Shown here: positions 26,046 through 36,049 of the stretch, one piece after another
Numbering within the stretch: position 1 is the first letter of the stretch
Layout of the letters: every line of letters starts with the position of its first letter
Assembly: GCA_963731735.1 (NCBI GenBank)
Contig: CAVSWO010000002.1
Coordinates: 692,257 to 756,256 of the forward strand
Direction of reading: 5' to 3'
DNA: 64,000 nt
Source: Candidatus Kerfeldbacteria bacterium
Lineage (GTDB): Bacteria > Patescibacteriota > Patescibacteriia > SBBC01 > CAIJZX01
Made by a program: the position numbers and the translations under genes
Notes under the pieces: model-generated
Told to the model about the DNA's origin: nothing
Seen by the model: only the letters and a program-made list of their open reading frames with translations
Database searches by the model: none

Positions 26046-26912
26046 ATGCCAGAACTGCCTGAAGTCGAAACTATCACCCGCGAGCTGCAGCGCGTCCTGC
26101 CGGGACGGAAAATCCGGCAGGTGACGGTCGGCTTGCCGAAGATTGTTCAACTGCCGCTCGCCAAGTTTCGGAAGCAGCTGCTCGGCGCCCGCATTCGTCG
26201 AGTTCATCGCCGGGCGAAATTAGTGTTGATCGCGTTGTCGAACGGGCAGACGATAATCATCCATTTGAAAATGTCTGGCCAGCTAATCTGGCAAGACTCG
26301 AAAGATCATCAAGTTGTCGGCGGTCATCCAATTCCGGGTGGAACGCTCAACCTTCCGAATCGGTACAGCCACGTGATTCTGCAGCTGCGCGGCGGGACGC
26401 TCTTTTTTAACGATCAGCGGCAATTCGGATTCGTGCGCCTGGTACCGACCCGGGAGCTTGAAGCCTGGCTCGAAGCGCATGGGTACGGACCGGAGCCGTT
26501 AGCAGATGATTTTACCTTGGTGCTCTTCCTGCAGATACTCAAACGGCACCGCGCCAAGCGCATCAAACCGACGCTGATGGATCAAACGGTGATTGCCGGC
26601 ATCGGAAACATTTATGCCGATGAAGCGTGTCATTTCGCCAAAATCCGACCGAGTCGGAGGATCGGCAGCTTATCGGTTCGTGAACGCCGCGCACTCTGGC
26701 AGGGGATTCGTCATGTCCTGCGGCTTTCCATCAAACACCACGGCACATCATCGTCGGACTACCGCCGATCGAACGGACAGCAGGGGAGTATGAACAAATT
26801 TCTGCGCGTCTACGGACGGACGGGGTTGCCGTGTCGTCGGTGTGGACACCTGATCGTGAAAACCGTGCTGGCCCAGCGCGGGACGCACTACTGTCCGCAC
26901 TGTCAGCGCTAG
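26046..26912 (+). CDS. mutM: Formamidopyrimidine-DNA glycosylase
   Basis: MPELPEVET, HLKMSG, GIGNIYADE, CRRC..RGTHYCPHCQ. Confidence 0.97.
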   Translation: MPELPEVETITRELQRVLPGRKIRQVTVGLPKIVQLPLAKFRKQLLGARIRRVHRRAKLVLIALSNGQTIIIHLKMSGQLIWQDSKDHQVVGGHPIPGGTLNLPNRYSHVILQLRGGTLFFNDQRQFGFVRLVPTRELEAWLEAHGYGPEPLADDFTLVLFLQILKRHRAKRIKPTLMDQTVIAGIGNIYADEACHFAKIRPSRRIGSLSVRERRALWQGIRHVLRLSIKHHGTSSSDYRRSNGQQGSMNKFLRVYGRTGLPCRRCGHLIVKTVLAQRGTHYCPHCQR

Positions 26913-27352
26913 AACCAGCGGTCCGGTAACCAGTACCACAGGCCCCAGGCCAGGACGAAGCCAATAATGCCGCCGACCAGGGCTTGGAGCGGCGTATGGC
27001 CGATCCGTTCGATCATCTTCGGCTGGTCTTTCAGATCGCTGGGGTGTTCACGCAGGAGGACATTCAGGACTTTGCCGTGCTGGCCGAGAAAACGCCGCAA
27101 CCCGATAGCGTCCCGGATTATCAGCAGCGAGAATATGAATGAAATTGCAAACGCGGGAGACCGCCATCCTTCCGACAGGCCAATCGCGGTTGTCAGGGAA
27201 ACCACAAAGGCGGTGTGGGCGGAGGGCATGCCGCCGTACTCCCGGATCGAGGTCCAGGTAAATTCTCCTTTGACGCCTTCTATGATAAACTTAATCAGTT
27301 GGGCTGAAATCCCGGCAATCAGTGAAATAATGACGAGTTTAGGAATATCCAT
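26909..27352 (-). CDS. DUF212 divergent PAP2 family protein
   Basis: AQLIK, GGMPSAH, DAIGLR, GHTP. Confidence 0.92.
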   Translation of the reverse strand: MDIPKLVIISLIAGISAQLIKFIIEGVKGEFTWTSIREYGGMPSAHTAFVVSLTTAIGLSEGWRSPAFAISFIFSLLIIRDAIGLRRFLGQHGKVLNVLLREHPSDLKDQPKMIERIGHTPLQALVGGIIGFVLAWGLWYWLPDRWF

Positions 27353-28156
27353 ATGATCACAGAATATATTTGGGCGGTAGTTTTCGGCGCGGTCCAGGGC
27401 CTGACCGAATTTTTACCAATTTCGAGTTCGGGTCATTTAGTAATCCTCCACAGTATAGCAGATTTTTCGTTTGGAGACGCCTTGGCTTTCGATGTGGCCC
27501 TGCATGTCGGGACATTGGTGGCGGTCGTGTGGTATTTTCGGCAGGATATTAGCCGCTTATTCCGAGGCTGGATCCGGACCTTCCAAGGTACCGTGGATGC
27601 CTCGGGGAAGCTTGCTTGGTATATTCTGATGGCCACGGTTCCGGCGGCCATTTTAGGGTATTTGCTCGAATCCACCTTTGAAGAGAAGTTTCGCCGGCCG
27701 GAATTGGTCGGGATTGTATTGGCGCTGGGTGGTATCGCGCTCTGGGCGGCTGATCGCTGGTCGACTTCGCGTCGATCAATAGAACAGGGCGGCTGGGTCA
27801 GCGCTTTGAGCATCGGATTTGGTCAGGCCCTGGCCCTGATTCCCGGTGTTTCACGTTCGGGTGCGACCATCATGGTAGCGCGACTCTTTGGGTTTACCCG
27901 GGATGCGGCGGCTCGCTTTTCTTTTTTGCTGTCGATTCCCATTATCGCCGGCGCCGGTCTGAAAAAAGCCTTGGATGTGCAGGCCGCAACCATTGATTGG
28001 GGTCCATTTGCGGTCGGGATGATCGCTTCAGGTATCGTCGGCTATTGGGCGATTGGTTTTCTGCTGCGTCTTGTCCAGCGCCGGACTTACACGGGATTTG
28101 CGATTTACCGCTTGATCATTGGCGCCCTGGTTTTCGCGCTGTGGTACGGACGATAA
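27353..28156 (+). CDS. uppP: Undecaprenyl-diphosphatase
   Basis: QGLTEFLPISSSGH, PGVSRSG, AARFSFLLSIP. Confidence 0.97.
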   Translation: MITEYIWAVVFGAVQGLTEFLPISSSGHLVILHSIADFSFGDALAFDVALHVGTLVAVVWYFRQDISRLFRGWIRTFQGTVDASGKLAWYILMATVPAAILGYLLESTFEEKFRRPELVGIVLALGGIALWAADRWSTSRRSIEQGGWVSALSIGFGQALALIPGVSRSGATIMVARLFGFTRDAAARFSFLLSIPIIAGAGLKKALDVQAATIDWGPFAVGMIASGIVGYWAIGFLLRLVQRRTYTGFAIYRLIIGALVFALWYGR

Positions 28157-28196
28157 CAAACAACCCGCCGAAGCGGGCTGTTTGCGATCAGTCGAG

Positions 28197-29234
28197 TTAG
28201 GATGACTGCGTCGGTGGCGGCGGTGTCGGCAGTTGCCGTAAGGCCAAGACACTCAAGCCGAGGGTGACCAGGGCCAAAACCCAATCCCACCAGAGCAGCT
28301 GTTCGCAACCGGTTGCGCGGTGGACGATAATTAAGGCGATTGCCCCGCCCAGGCCAACGATGGCCGGCCAAATTTTGGTAATCGGAACCAGGGCGTAGAG
28401 AATCGCGACGCCAATCAAGAAGACGATCATAATCACGACCCATAACCAGGTGGCCAAGGTAGTGCAGGCTTCGGTCGACTCTTCGGACATCGAGTTCGCC
28501 GCATTGGTATTACTGGTGTTCAGATTGGTGACCGCATTGGTATTGTCGTTGGCATTGGTGTTGCCATTGGAATTGGAGCTGGCGCTGGTGTTACTCGAGT
28601 TAGTGTCAGTCGCGCCATTCGTATTTGCCGTTTCCCCAACCGGGACTTCTTTGACGACCACGGCGACTTGTCCGGTGATCGATCCGACGGTCGCTTGGAC
28701 TTTCCCGGTCCCGACATTCGTAGCCGTGAAGGTCCCGTCAGCGGCGATCGTTCCGATCTCGCCAATCACTGACCACGTCGGCGTGAAACCGGTAACTTCA
28801 TTGCTTTGCGCGTCAAAACCGCGAGCGGTAAATTTTCGAGCGCTGCCCTGATTAATTAACTCAGGATCCGTGTTCGGGTTGATGGAAAGCTCTTTGAGCG
28901 CACCGGCCGTAACCATGACAGTGGCATCCGCTGTCAGGCTTTCAAAGCTGGCCTGAACTTTCCAGGCTCCGGTTTGACCGGCGAAATATGTCGCACCGGT
29001 CATGCTGCCCAGGGGATCATTGCTGGAAATAAAAGCGGCGCTGGTCACGTCCGTCGTGTTTCCGTCTTTGTCCTTGGCGGTGACCACGAAGGTTTGGTTC
29101 TGGTCCGACGTCAAATGTACGGACGCTGGACTAATCGTCAGCGAAGTGGCCGGTCCGGCGGCCTGAGTGGATGACGCGAGGAGCCCGCCGAACAAGAGTG
29201 CTCCCAGGGTCAGAATTTGTGCAACATGTCGCAT
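28197..29234 (-). CDS. Secreted/membrane protein with two Ig-like domains, Asn/Ser/Thr linker and C-terminal TMs
   Basis: Signal peptide; LTISP../LSINP.. beta-rich repeats; three C-terminal hydrophobic segments. Confidence 0.8.
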   Translation of the reverse strand: MRHVAQILTLGALLFGGLLASSTQAAGPATSLTISPASVHLTSDQNQTFVVTAKDKDGNTTDVTSAAFISSNDPLGSMTGATYFAGQTGAWKVQASFESLTADATVMVTAGALKELSINPNTDPELINQGSARKFTARGFDAQSNEVTGFTPTWSVIGEIGTIAADGTFTATNVGTGKVQATVGSITGQVAVVVKEVPVGETANTNGATDTNSSNTSASSNSNGNTNANDNTNAVTNLNTSNTNAANSMSEESTEACTTLATWLWVVIMIVFLIGVAILYALVPITKIWPAIVGLGGAIALIIVHRATGCEQLLWWDWVLALVTLGLSVLALRQLPTPPPPTQSS

Positions 29235-29244
29235 AGCGAATAGG

Positions 29245-29901
29245 TTACGATATAAGATCTCCGAAAAGGACAAGTCGTTGTTTGGTTGAAAAGAGTGGTG
29301 TACAGGTGAAAATCGTCAATTTCGGTTCGGGCGTATTTTGGAGTATATCGACCCGGTCCGGGCTGACAATCTCGCGCCCAGTGATTTTGTAAATGTATTC
29401 TTGGCCCTGCCAGTAGATAATGGCCGGTTGGCCGTTTTCAACCTTATCCAGAAGATACAGGGTCGTGCTGCTGGGTGGCAAGTATTGCCAACGATGGCCA
29501 GACAGTACGATATTACCACCTTTGGTCGGATCCGATGTATTGGGGATGTGCCAGATACCACCTAAGTCAAGCACCTTCTGCGTCGGTCCTTCCAGAATCG
29601 GCATATCGACGCCAATGCTTGGAATCAACAGGCGATTATCTTTTGGCAGCGGTTTATTCTCAACTACCGGTAATTTTGGAAAGGCGGACAGGGAGAGCCC
29701 GCTGTCGTTGACCGTGGTTTGATAGGGCAGGATCGGGGCCGGTTTGAGGAGTGCGTACCGGAGAGCCGGGATAAAGGGGTAGAGTATGACACCCAGGCCT
29801 AGCAGGACGCCCAGAATGGCGACACCGAGCCAAATCCGCCCCGTCGCACGTGAGCGACGGGGCGGTTGGGAAGCTTGTGTCTTAGGCGGAAATTCCGTCA
29901 T
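29245..29901 (-). CDS. Sortase
   Basis: N-terminal TM, RLLIPSIGVD, GNIVLSGHR, LTIFTCTP..QRLVL (His/Cys/Arg triad). Confidence 0.93.
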   Translation of the reverse strand: MTEFPPKTQASQPPRRSRATGRIWLGVAILGVLLGLGVILYPFIPALRYALLKPAPILPYQTTVNDSGLSLSAFPKLPVVENKPLPKDNRLLIPSIGVDMPILEGPTQKVLDLGGIWHIPNTSDPTKGGNIVLSGHRWQYLPPSSTTLYLLDKVENGQPAIIYWQGQEYIYKITGREIVSPDRVDILQNTPEPKLTIFTCTPLFSTKQRLVLFGDLIS

Positions 29902-32900
29902 CTCGGCGACGCAGGCGACCGATCGCGTAGAGGGCCAGGCCCAAGGTCGTCAATCCCATCAAGAAGATCAGATAATCGCGGAGACCGACGCCGGTCGTGG
30001 CCAAGCCCAGCACCCGCGGGACGCGGACTTCGAGGTCGGCTTGAGCGACCAACGGATCGCTGCCATCAGCGGTCAGCACGGCGGTGTTTTGGTAAACACC
30101 AGCTTTGACATCTTTGCTGACCAAGACTTCGTAGTTCATGACCCGTTCGTGGTTCGCTTTGAGCGTACCAATGTTGAAGGTCTTCGTTCGTTCGCCACCT
30201 TCCACGAAGGTCAGGCCTTCCGGTAAGGTATCAGTAACGACCACGTTGGTTGCGTCGGCATTGCCGGAGTTGCGGATCGTCACCGTGTAGACCACGATCT
30301 TGCCCGGATTGGTGATTTTCGGATCAACCGATTTTTCGATTGACAGATCAATTTCCGGAGTCGCACCGAGCACTTGCGGGACGCGGACTTCAACGTTCGA
30401 ATCATCCGTGACTTGCGAGTGGTTATCTGCGTTCGCGTCGGCTACGTTCGTGTAGGTGCCGGCTGCCTGGGTGGCGCTGATAGACGCGTCATAGGTCACC
30501 GTAAAGGTCGCACCCGGCGCCAAATCACCGGCGTTCCAGGTAATCACCTGGCCGACCACCGAGGCCGGAGCGATGCTGGCTGAACCGGTCACGAAGCTGA
30601 AGCCGCTTGGCAGCGTATCAGTGACAATCACATGGTAAGCACTGTCGGTTGCGGCGGCGTCGTTGGTGACGACCAGGGAGTAGGTCACGCTCTTACCCGG
30701 GTTGGTGAAGCCTGAGACGCTGTTGGTCTTGACGATCGAAAGCGTCGGGGCGGATTCAACCGTGGTAGTGGTGGTGTCGTCATCGCAGTGTTCCACAACT
30801 TCTTCCTCGGTTCGAGTAAACGACTGGCCACAAACCGTACCGGTGTTCACCAATTGGGTGCCGTTCTGCAGCGGCGCAGCCGCCACGTCAACCACGAAGG
30901 TAACCGTGCCGGTATCGCCCGGAGTATGGGGGCCCAGATCCCAGGTTACGGTATTCGTGTTGGCATCGTAGGTGCCGCCGTTGTCGGCGCTGACGAATGT
31001 TTCGTTGGCCGGCAGCGGGTCGGTAATAATCAGCGAATCAATCGGCGCGTTGCCACTGGTCGCCCAGTCCAGAGTGTAGGTGAATTGGGCGCCTGGCGTG
31101 GTGGTGGCCGGAGCTGACTTGTCGATGCTAACCGTGAAGTCCGAGTGGACTTTCGTCGTAATCGTATCACAGTCGTGCTGTTGCGCGTCGGCGTCGATAC
31201 AGGCGGTATTTTCGATTGAAGTTCCGTCGGCTAACGGTGAGTCAACCGTGACTTGGTAGGAAACCGTTCCGGTATCGCCGGCTTGGCGGTTACCGAGGTT
31301 CCAGCTCAGGTCGTTGGTGGTATCATCCGGCGTACAGTTTGCTGTGGCATCGCAGGAAATGCTGGCCGGGACGTACGATGTCAGCAACGGAATTGTATCG
31401 GAGATGATCGCATTATCGACGTAGCCATCGCCGGTAATTTCCCAGGTCAAGGTGTAGTCCAGAACGCCACCAGCTTCAACCGGATCCGGGTTGGCAGCCT
31501 TGGTGATGTTCACGCCAGCCTGTTTGTCATTATTCGTAATGACGCAAGCTTTGACGTCACCGGCTTTCAGGCTGATGTTGCCCTTCGTATCACAGTCACC
31601 GCTAATTGTTCCGGCGTAGTTGCTGTCACCGGTCTCGCTGACGACATAATCACCGGCATTGAATCCGTTCTGATCACCGCTGTTGACGGTCGTCGTGTCA
31701 ACGAAGAGCGGGAAATCAGACACCTGCTTGGTACCGCCGTTGTCATTGATGACAATCTTGGTAACCGTCAGGCGGGGTTGGATATCATCGTTCGTAATCG
31801 TGCAGGTAACATCTTCACCTTCATCTAAGGTCATGGTTCCATTGAGGACATCCGGGCACTTGGCATCGCCGGTAATGTCAACGAAGTTGTAATCGCTGCG
31901 ACCAGCTTCGTTCAAGGCGATCGGGGTGTTGGCATCAACGGGAACTGTTTGTCCGGAGTTCACCGCCTTCCCATCGACCGTCAGACCGAAGTCATTCGGA
32001 CCGGCGGTACCGCCGTTGTCGTTAATGACCACTTTATTCAACGTTACGGTTGGGGCAATGTCATCGTTCACAATCGTACAGCTAATGTGTTGGCCTTCGT
32101 CCAAGGTAACCGTACCGTTCAAGACATCCGGGCATTCTTTATCACCCGTGATTTCTTTGAAGGTATATCCGCTCAGACCCGCTTCATTCAAGGCGATCGG
32201 GGTGTTGGAATTCACGTCCAGTGTTTGGCCGGAAGTAACCGGCGTCCCACCAATCGTCAAACCGAAGTCATTCGGAACAGCATCACCGCCGTTGTCATTG
32301 ATGACATCCTTGGTCAGTGTGATCGACGGGGTGATATCGGTGTTGGTAATGACGCAGGTGTGCTGGCCATCTTTGGTAACAGTAATAGTGTTAGTGGCTT
32401 GGCCATCACATTGTATACCGACCTGAGAGTATCCAGCGATCAGATCTTCACTGACGTTATACGTACCGGTTGGTAAGTCGAAATCAGTCCCAGTTTGACT
32501 CCCGGCAAACGGGGAAACAATATTATTTCCACTCTGCTTGACGTATAGCGTGAAGTTGCTGGCGAGGGCGTTACCGCCATGATTGTTATTGACCTGTTTG
32601 ATGACAGTCAGGTGACCAGTATCACGGGTGTTCGTTACCACACATGTATGCGAACCGGTGGTGACGTGCACATAGCCTGGAGCTGGGAAGCTGACAATCG
32701 GGTCCGAAGGAGTTCCAAGACTGCAAGCTCCGGACATGTTGGTCAGAGTGTATCCATCCGGTCCATCGTACTCACGCAATGAATAATCACCCACCGGCAG
32801 GATGGTGGTATCACCGGAAGTCATGCCGCTTGTTCCCCCCGCTTGGAATCGCCAATCAAGCGGATCGGCATTTCCGCCGACCACCTGTTTGATGATGGTG

Positions 32901-35683
32901 ATCTGGCCCATATCACGCTCATTGATAATGGTACAGGTACCGCCCTTGGCCGTGACATTCATGGTGATGGTACCGGTTTGCGCGTCATAGCTACAAATAC
33001 CGGAGGCACCATAGATATGATAATCGGTTACCGCGTTTTCCGTAACGGTATAGGTACCAGTGTCGAAGGTGTTCGAGTCGCCGTTTTGGTAGTCACCATT
33101 ACCATCCACCGCAAAGTGGAAGGCACTCAGGTCCGCCGCGGGGAAGTTTCGAACGATTTTCTCGAACGTGACTTGACCTGTTTGGCGGGTGTTGGTGAAG
33201 ACACAGACAACATCTTGGTCTTTTGCAACATGAACTTCGCCCGTCAGCTGATTCACGGAGACTGGACCGCTATTGTCGGAACAAACTAAGGATGAATCAT
33301 AATTCGTTAAGCCACCGGTCTCAGAGACGAAGTAGTCCCCGGTATCAACCGGGATTTTTCCGGTGGTATCATTTTTTCCGACCACATCGTAGCTGGTAAC
33401 CTGGTCACCATTTTCACTGGTTCCGATCTGCAACGTTGTGGATCCAGCGGTACCGCTCCAGACTTTTTGTAATTCAATAGTGCCCTGATCCCGAACATTG
33501 GTAAAGGTGCAGGTTGTAGTCGTATCTTTCACAACCGTGGCCGTTGAAGGGTTGGCATCGGTACAATTCGCTCCGGAAACCGAGCTGAAGGTGTAATCGA
33601 TTGGTTCAGCTTCTTGAACCGTGTAATCACCTGTGTTCAGTCCGGGAACGGAGATTTCACCGTTTGCATCGGTGGTGTACTCAGTGCCATCGATGGTGAA
33701 TTTTACTCCTTCCATTCGGTTCTGATCCTGGTCGAGTTTAATAACCTTCAGATCGCCCGTGTCTCGGGAAAGGGAGTTATTGGTCGTTACCGTAACACTT
33801 GAACCATCTCCGGCCGGAATGGTAACCGAAGCGGAGGGAGAGAATGTGGGGGTTCCGAAAGTGTACCCTTGAGGTGCTGTCGGAAGATTGGGTTCACTAA
33901 CTGTGCAAGAAGTTCCGGTTGGAATTCCGCTTACAGTTTGTGAAGCGCCGGCCGCCACGGAGACGTCACCAATGAAACTCGTGCCGCATTCATAGTGAAG
34001 ACTGAACGGTCCAGTGTATCCGTTCGGTCCGCCCGTGAGAGCCTTTTCCAGTTTCAGAGATCCGGTATCGCGGGTGTTGGTGAACGAGCATGTCAGCCCC
34101 TTTTCTGTCAGGGAAACTTGGGCCGATTCAACCGCTCCCAAACTCTGCCCATCGCAAGTCAAGTCGGTGACATGGTAACCCGGTTGCTGATCTTCATTGA
34201 TCGTGTAGGTTCCGGTGTCGAGCGTTTGGCTGGTGCCGGTCGCGGTGTTTTGTGGACCTCCTTGAACGTCCCAGGTCCAGTTGGTAGCGTTCGTAATATC
34301 AACTTTACCGTCGCCATCCGTATCAACATTTTTGAGCACTAACAAGTCGCCCGTATTGCGGGTGTTAGTGAAAGTACAGGTGCCGCCCTTCGTCGTAACG
34401 TCAAGCGTTGCTGTTTGGCCTTTCAAGTAGTCACAGATACCAGTGGCGCTGGTCGACGTATAGCCACTCGGTCCAGATTCAGTCACCTGATATTGTCCGG
34501 GAGCTAAATTCACCGTATCGCCGTCATGGAAGATTCCATTGACGCCATCAATCGTAAAGTCCCAATCACTCGGTTGGGCGGTTCCGCCGACCACGATTTT
34601 TTCGAAGGTGACCGTGCCGAGATCTTGGGCGTTGTGAATTTCACAAGATTGGTCCAGGGTGTCGGCTGAGGAACCACTGATAGCCAGGTTTGAGCACGTG
34701 CTGGAAACCTGATGGTATCCGCTAATCTGTGATTCAGAAACTGCGTAGGTGCCAACCGGCAGATGATCAAAGACAACCGTGTCGGTTCCTGGAGCAGGGG
34801 AGATCGGACCGGTTCCGGCCGGATCTGGCGAGATGGTGAATGACCACTGGTCAGGCGTGGCGTTACCCGAGTCGACGATTTTGGTAACGGTTACGCTGCC
34901 GAGCAGAACTGCACCTGGTTGGATTGAGCGGTCTTGGTTCTTATTTCCGCTGTTGTCCAGTTGTTGGGTTCGCATGTGGAATGGCGAACCTGAAATACTG
35001 GCCGCGCCTTTTCCGGCGCCGTGGTCGATGGATGAAGCTAAATGGCCACCCCAAGCGATCAATACTTGGTCGACGCCAGCGCCAACGGTGAAACTCAGCT
35101 CAATGTCTTTGGTGCTGTTACCAGTTAGCGGGCCGCTCAGTGCGTATGTTCCAAGGCTGGCGGAAGACGCGCCATAGACCAAAACGGCTTGGGTATTCGA
35201 CTGGAAGCCTGAATTAGCCGGGTCAACGGGAATAGCAGCACTGGCTGGTGTCGTAGCACAGGTCGTGCTAAAACCCGTTAGACTGTCACACACGTCTGGA
35301 TTTTCAGTCTGGTTCCAATTGGCTAGATAATCGTATGAATAAATACCACCTGAGGTGAAATCATAGTTCAGGTGGATGGTGTGGGTGCCAGCCGACAGGC
35401 CAGTCACCGACAATCGGAACGGCACAACCTCGCCCTCGACATAATGCGAGTTGTTCGAGTTAAGGTTTCCATTTTGCCACTCGGCCGTTCCTGGAGGGGT
35501 CAGTTTGCCGTTGGCATACTGGTCCAGGTTGACGTTGCTGTTGGTGGTGGCAGCGTGAGCAGCCGGAACGCTCCAAGCGCCCACGTAGCTCAAATTAGCT
35601 ACCATAACCAGGCCCACAATAAGATTGAGGCCTTTCCACAGTCGTTCCTTGAACGACTTCTTTTTGATGAAGGTGATTTGCAT
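29882..35683 (-). CDS. Giant (~1933 aa) sortase-anchored surface protein with SpaA/CnaB-like and DUF11 repeats
   Basis: Signal region ending AAHA; many G.L.V.K...CT.TN.R domains; DUF11-type (K....PG....YTL..ITD.LP) repeats; C-terminal LATTG + TM + RLRRR. Confidence 0.9.
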   Translation of the reverse strand: MQITFIKKKSFKERLWKGLNLIVGLVMVANLSYVGAWSVPAAHAATTNSNVNLDQYANGKLTPPGTAEWQNGNLNSNNSHYVEGEVVPFRLSVTGLSAGTHTIHLNYDFTSGGIYSYDYLANWNQTENPDVCDSLTGFSTTCATTPASAAIPVDPANSGFQSNTQAVLVYGASSASLGTYALSGPLTGNSTKDIELSFTVGAGVDQVLIAWGGHLASSIDHGAGKGAASISGSPFHMRTQQLDNSGNKNQDRSIQPGAVLLGSVTVTKIVDSGNATPDQWSFTISPDPAGTGPISPAPGTDTVVFDHLPVGTYAVSESQISGYHQVSSTCSNLAISGSSADTLDQSCEIHNAQDLGTVTFEKIVVGGTAQPSDWDFTIDGVNGIFHDGDTVNLAPGQYQVTESGPSGYTSTSATGICDYLKGQTATLDVTTKGGTCTFTNTRNTGDLLVLKNVDTDGDGKVDITNATNWTWDVQGGPQNTATGTSQTLDTGTYTINEDQQPGYHVTDLTCDGQSLGAVESAQVSLTEKGLTCSFTNTRDTGSLKLEKALTGGPNGYTGPFSLHYECGTSFIGDVSVAAGASQTVSGIPTGTSCTVSEPNLPTAPQGYTFGTPTFSPSASVTIPAGDGSSVTVTTNNSLSRDTGDLKVIKLDQDQNRMEGVKFTIDGTEYTTDANGEISVPGLNTGDYTVQEAEPIDYTFSSVSGANCTDANPSTATVVKDTTTTCTFTNVRDQGTIELQKVWSGTAGSTTLQIGTSENGDQVTSYDVVGKNDTTGKIPVDTGDYFVSETGGLTNYDSSLVCSDNSGPVSVNQLTGEVHVAKDQDVVCVFTNTRQTGQVTFEKIVRNFPAADLSAFHFAVDGNGDYQNGDSNTFDTGTYTVTENAVTDYHIYGASGICSYDAQTGTITMNVTAKGGTCTIINERDMGQITIIKQVVGGNADPLDWRFQAGGTSGMTSGDTTILPVGDYSLREYDGPDGYTLTNMSGACSLGTPSDPIVSFPAPGYVHVTTGSHTCVVTNTRDTGHLTVIKQVNNNHGGNALASNFTLYVKQSGNNIVSPFAGSQTGTDFDLPTGTYNVSEDLIAGYSQVGIQCDGQATNTITVTKDGQHTCVITNTDITPSITLTKDVINDNGGDAVPNDFGLTIGGTPVTSGQTLDVNSNTPIALNEAGLSGYTFKEITGDKECPDVLNGTVTLDEGQHISCTIVNDDIAPTVTLNKVVINDNGGTAGPNDFGLTVDGKAVNSGQTVPVDANTPIALNEAGRSDYNFVDITGDAKCPDVLNGTMTLDEGEDVTCTITNDDIQPRLTVTKIVINDNGGTKQVSDFPLFVDTTTVNSGDQNGFNAGDYVVSETGDSNYAGTISGDCDTKGNISLKAGDVKACVITNNDKQAGVNITKAANPDPVEAGGVLDYTLTWEITGDGYVDNAIISDTIPLLTSYVPASISCDATANCTPDDTTNDLSWNLGNRQAGDTGTVSYQVTVDSPLADGTSIENTACIDADAQQHDCDTITTKVHSDFTVSIDKSAPATTTPGAQFTYTLDWATSGNAPIDSLIITDPLPANETFVSADNGGTYDANTNTVTWDLGPHTPGDTGTVTFVVDVAAAPLQNGTQLVNTGTVCGQSFTRTEEEVVEHCDDDTTTTTVESAPTLSIVKTNSVSGFTNPGKSVTYSLVVTNDAAATDSAYHVIVTDTLPSGFSFVTGSASIAPASVVGQVITWNAGDLAPGATFTVTYDASISATQAAGTYTNVADANADNHSQVTDDSNVEVRVPQVLGATPEIDLSIEKSVDPKITNPGKIVVYTVTIRNSGNADATNVVVTDTLPEGLTFVEGGERTKTFNIGTLKANHERVMNYEVLVSKDVKAGVYQNTAVLTADGSDPLVAQADLEVRVPRVLGLATTGVGLRDYLIFLMGLTTLGLALYAIGRLRRRDDGISA

Positions 35684-36049
35684 AGGTCGTCGACTACCTA
35701 ATGAGTAAAAAGTTTCGTGATGTTGGTCTCTTTGTACAAAAAAACCAACAGAAAGCTTAATTACGAAACGTTGCAACGTACCACCACACGACAAAAATGT
35801 CAAGTGGCATCTCGCTAAAACGTTAAGAATTATGACCTTTTGTTGGATTTTTCGTTTTTATCCTGGGAAAGGGCGATATTCGGAATGTACGAAACCTGGA
35901 AAAATGAGCGATACAAACAGAGAAAATCGAGTGTATATTCCACGATTCCTCCAATATTTGTCAAGTAAAAATCTACCTGACAATATAGCGATTGTACACG
36001 AAAAACGAGGCTTCGTACAAACCCCATTTTTGTTGGTTTTTGCCTACTA

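Noticed and set aside
31500-32350. CRISPR array or DGR template/variable repeats
   Set aside because: The repeats are in-frame protein domain duplications; no spacers, cas genes, reverse transcriptase or adenine-specific mismatches seen
30374-35701. Many plus-strand ORFs opposite the giant surface protein
   Set aside because: Antisense shadows caused by codon bias
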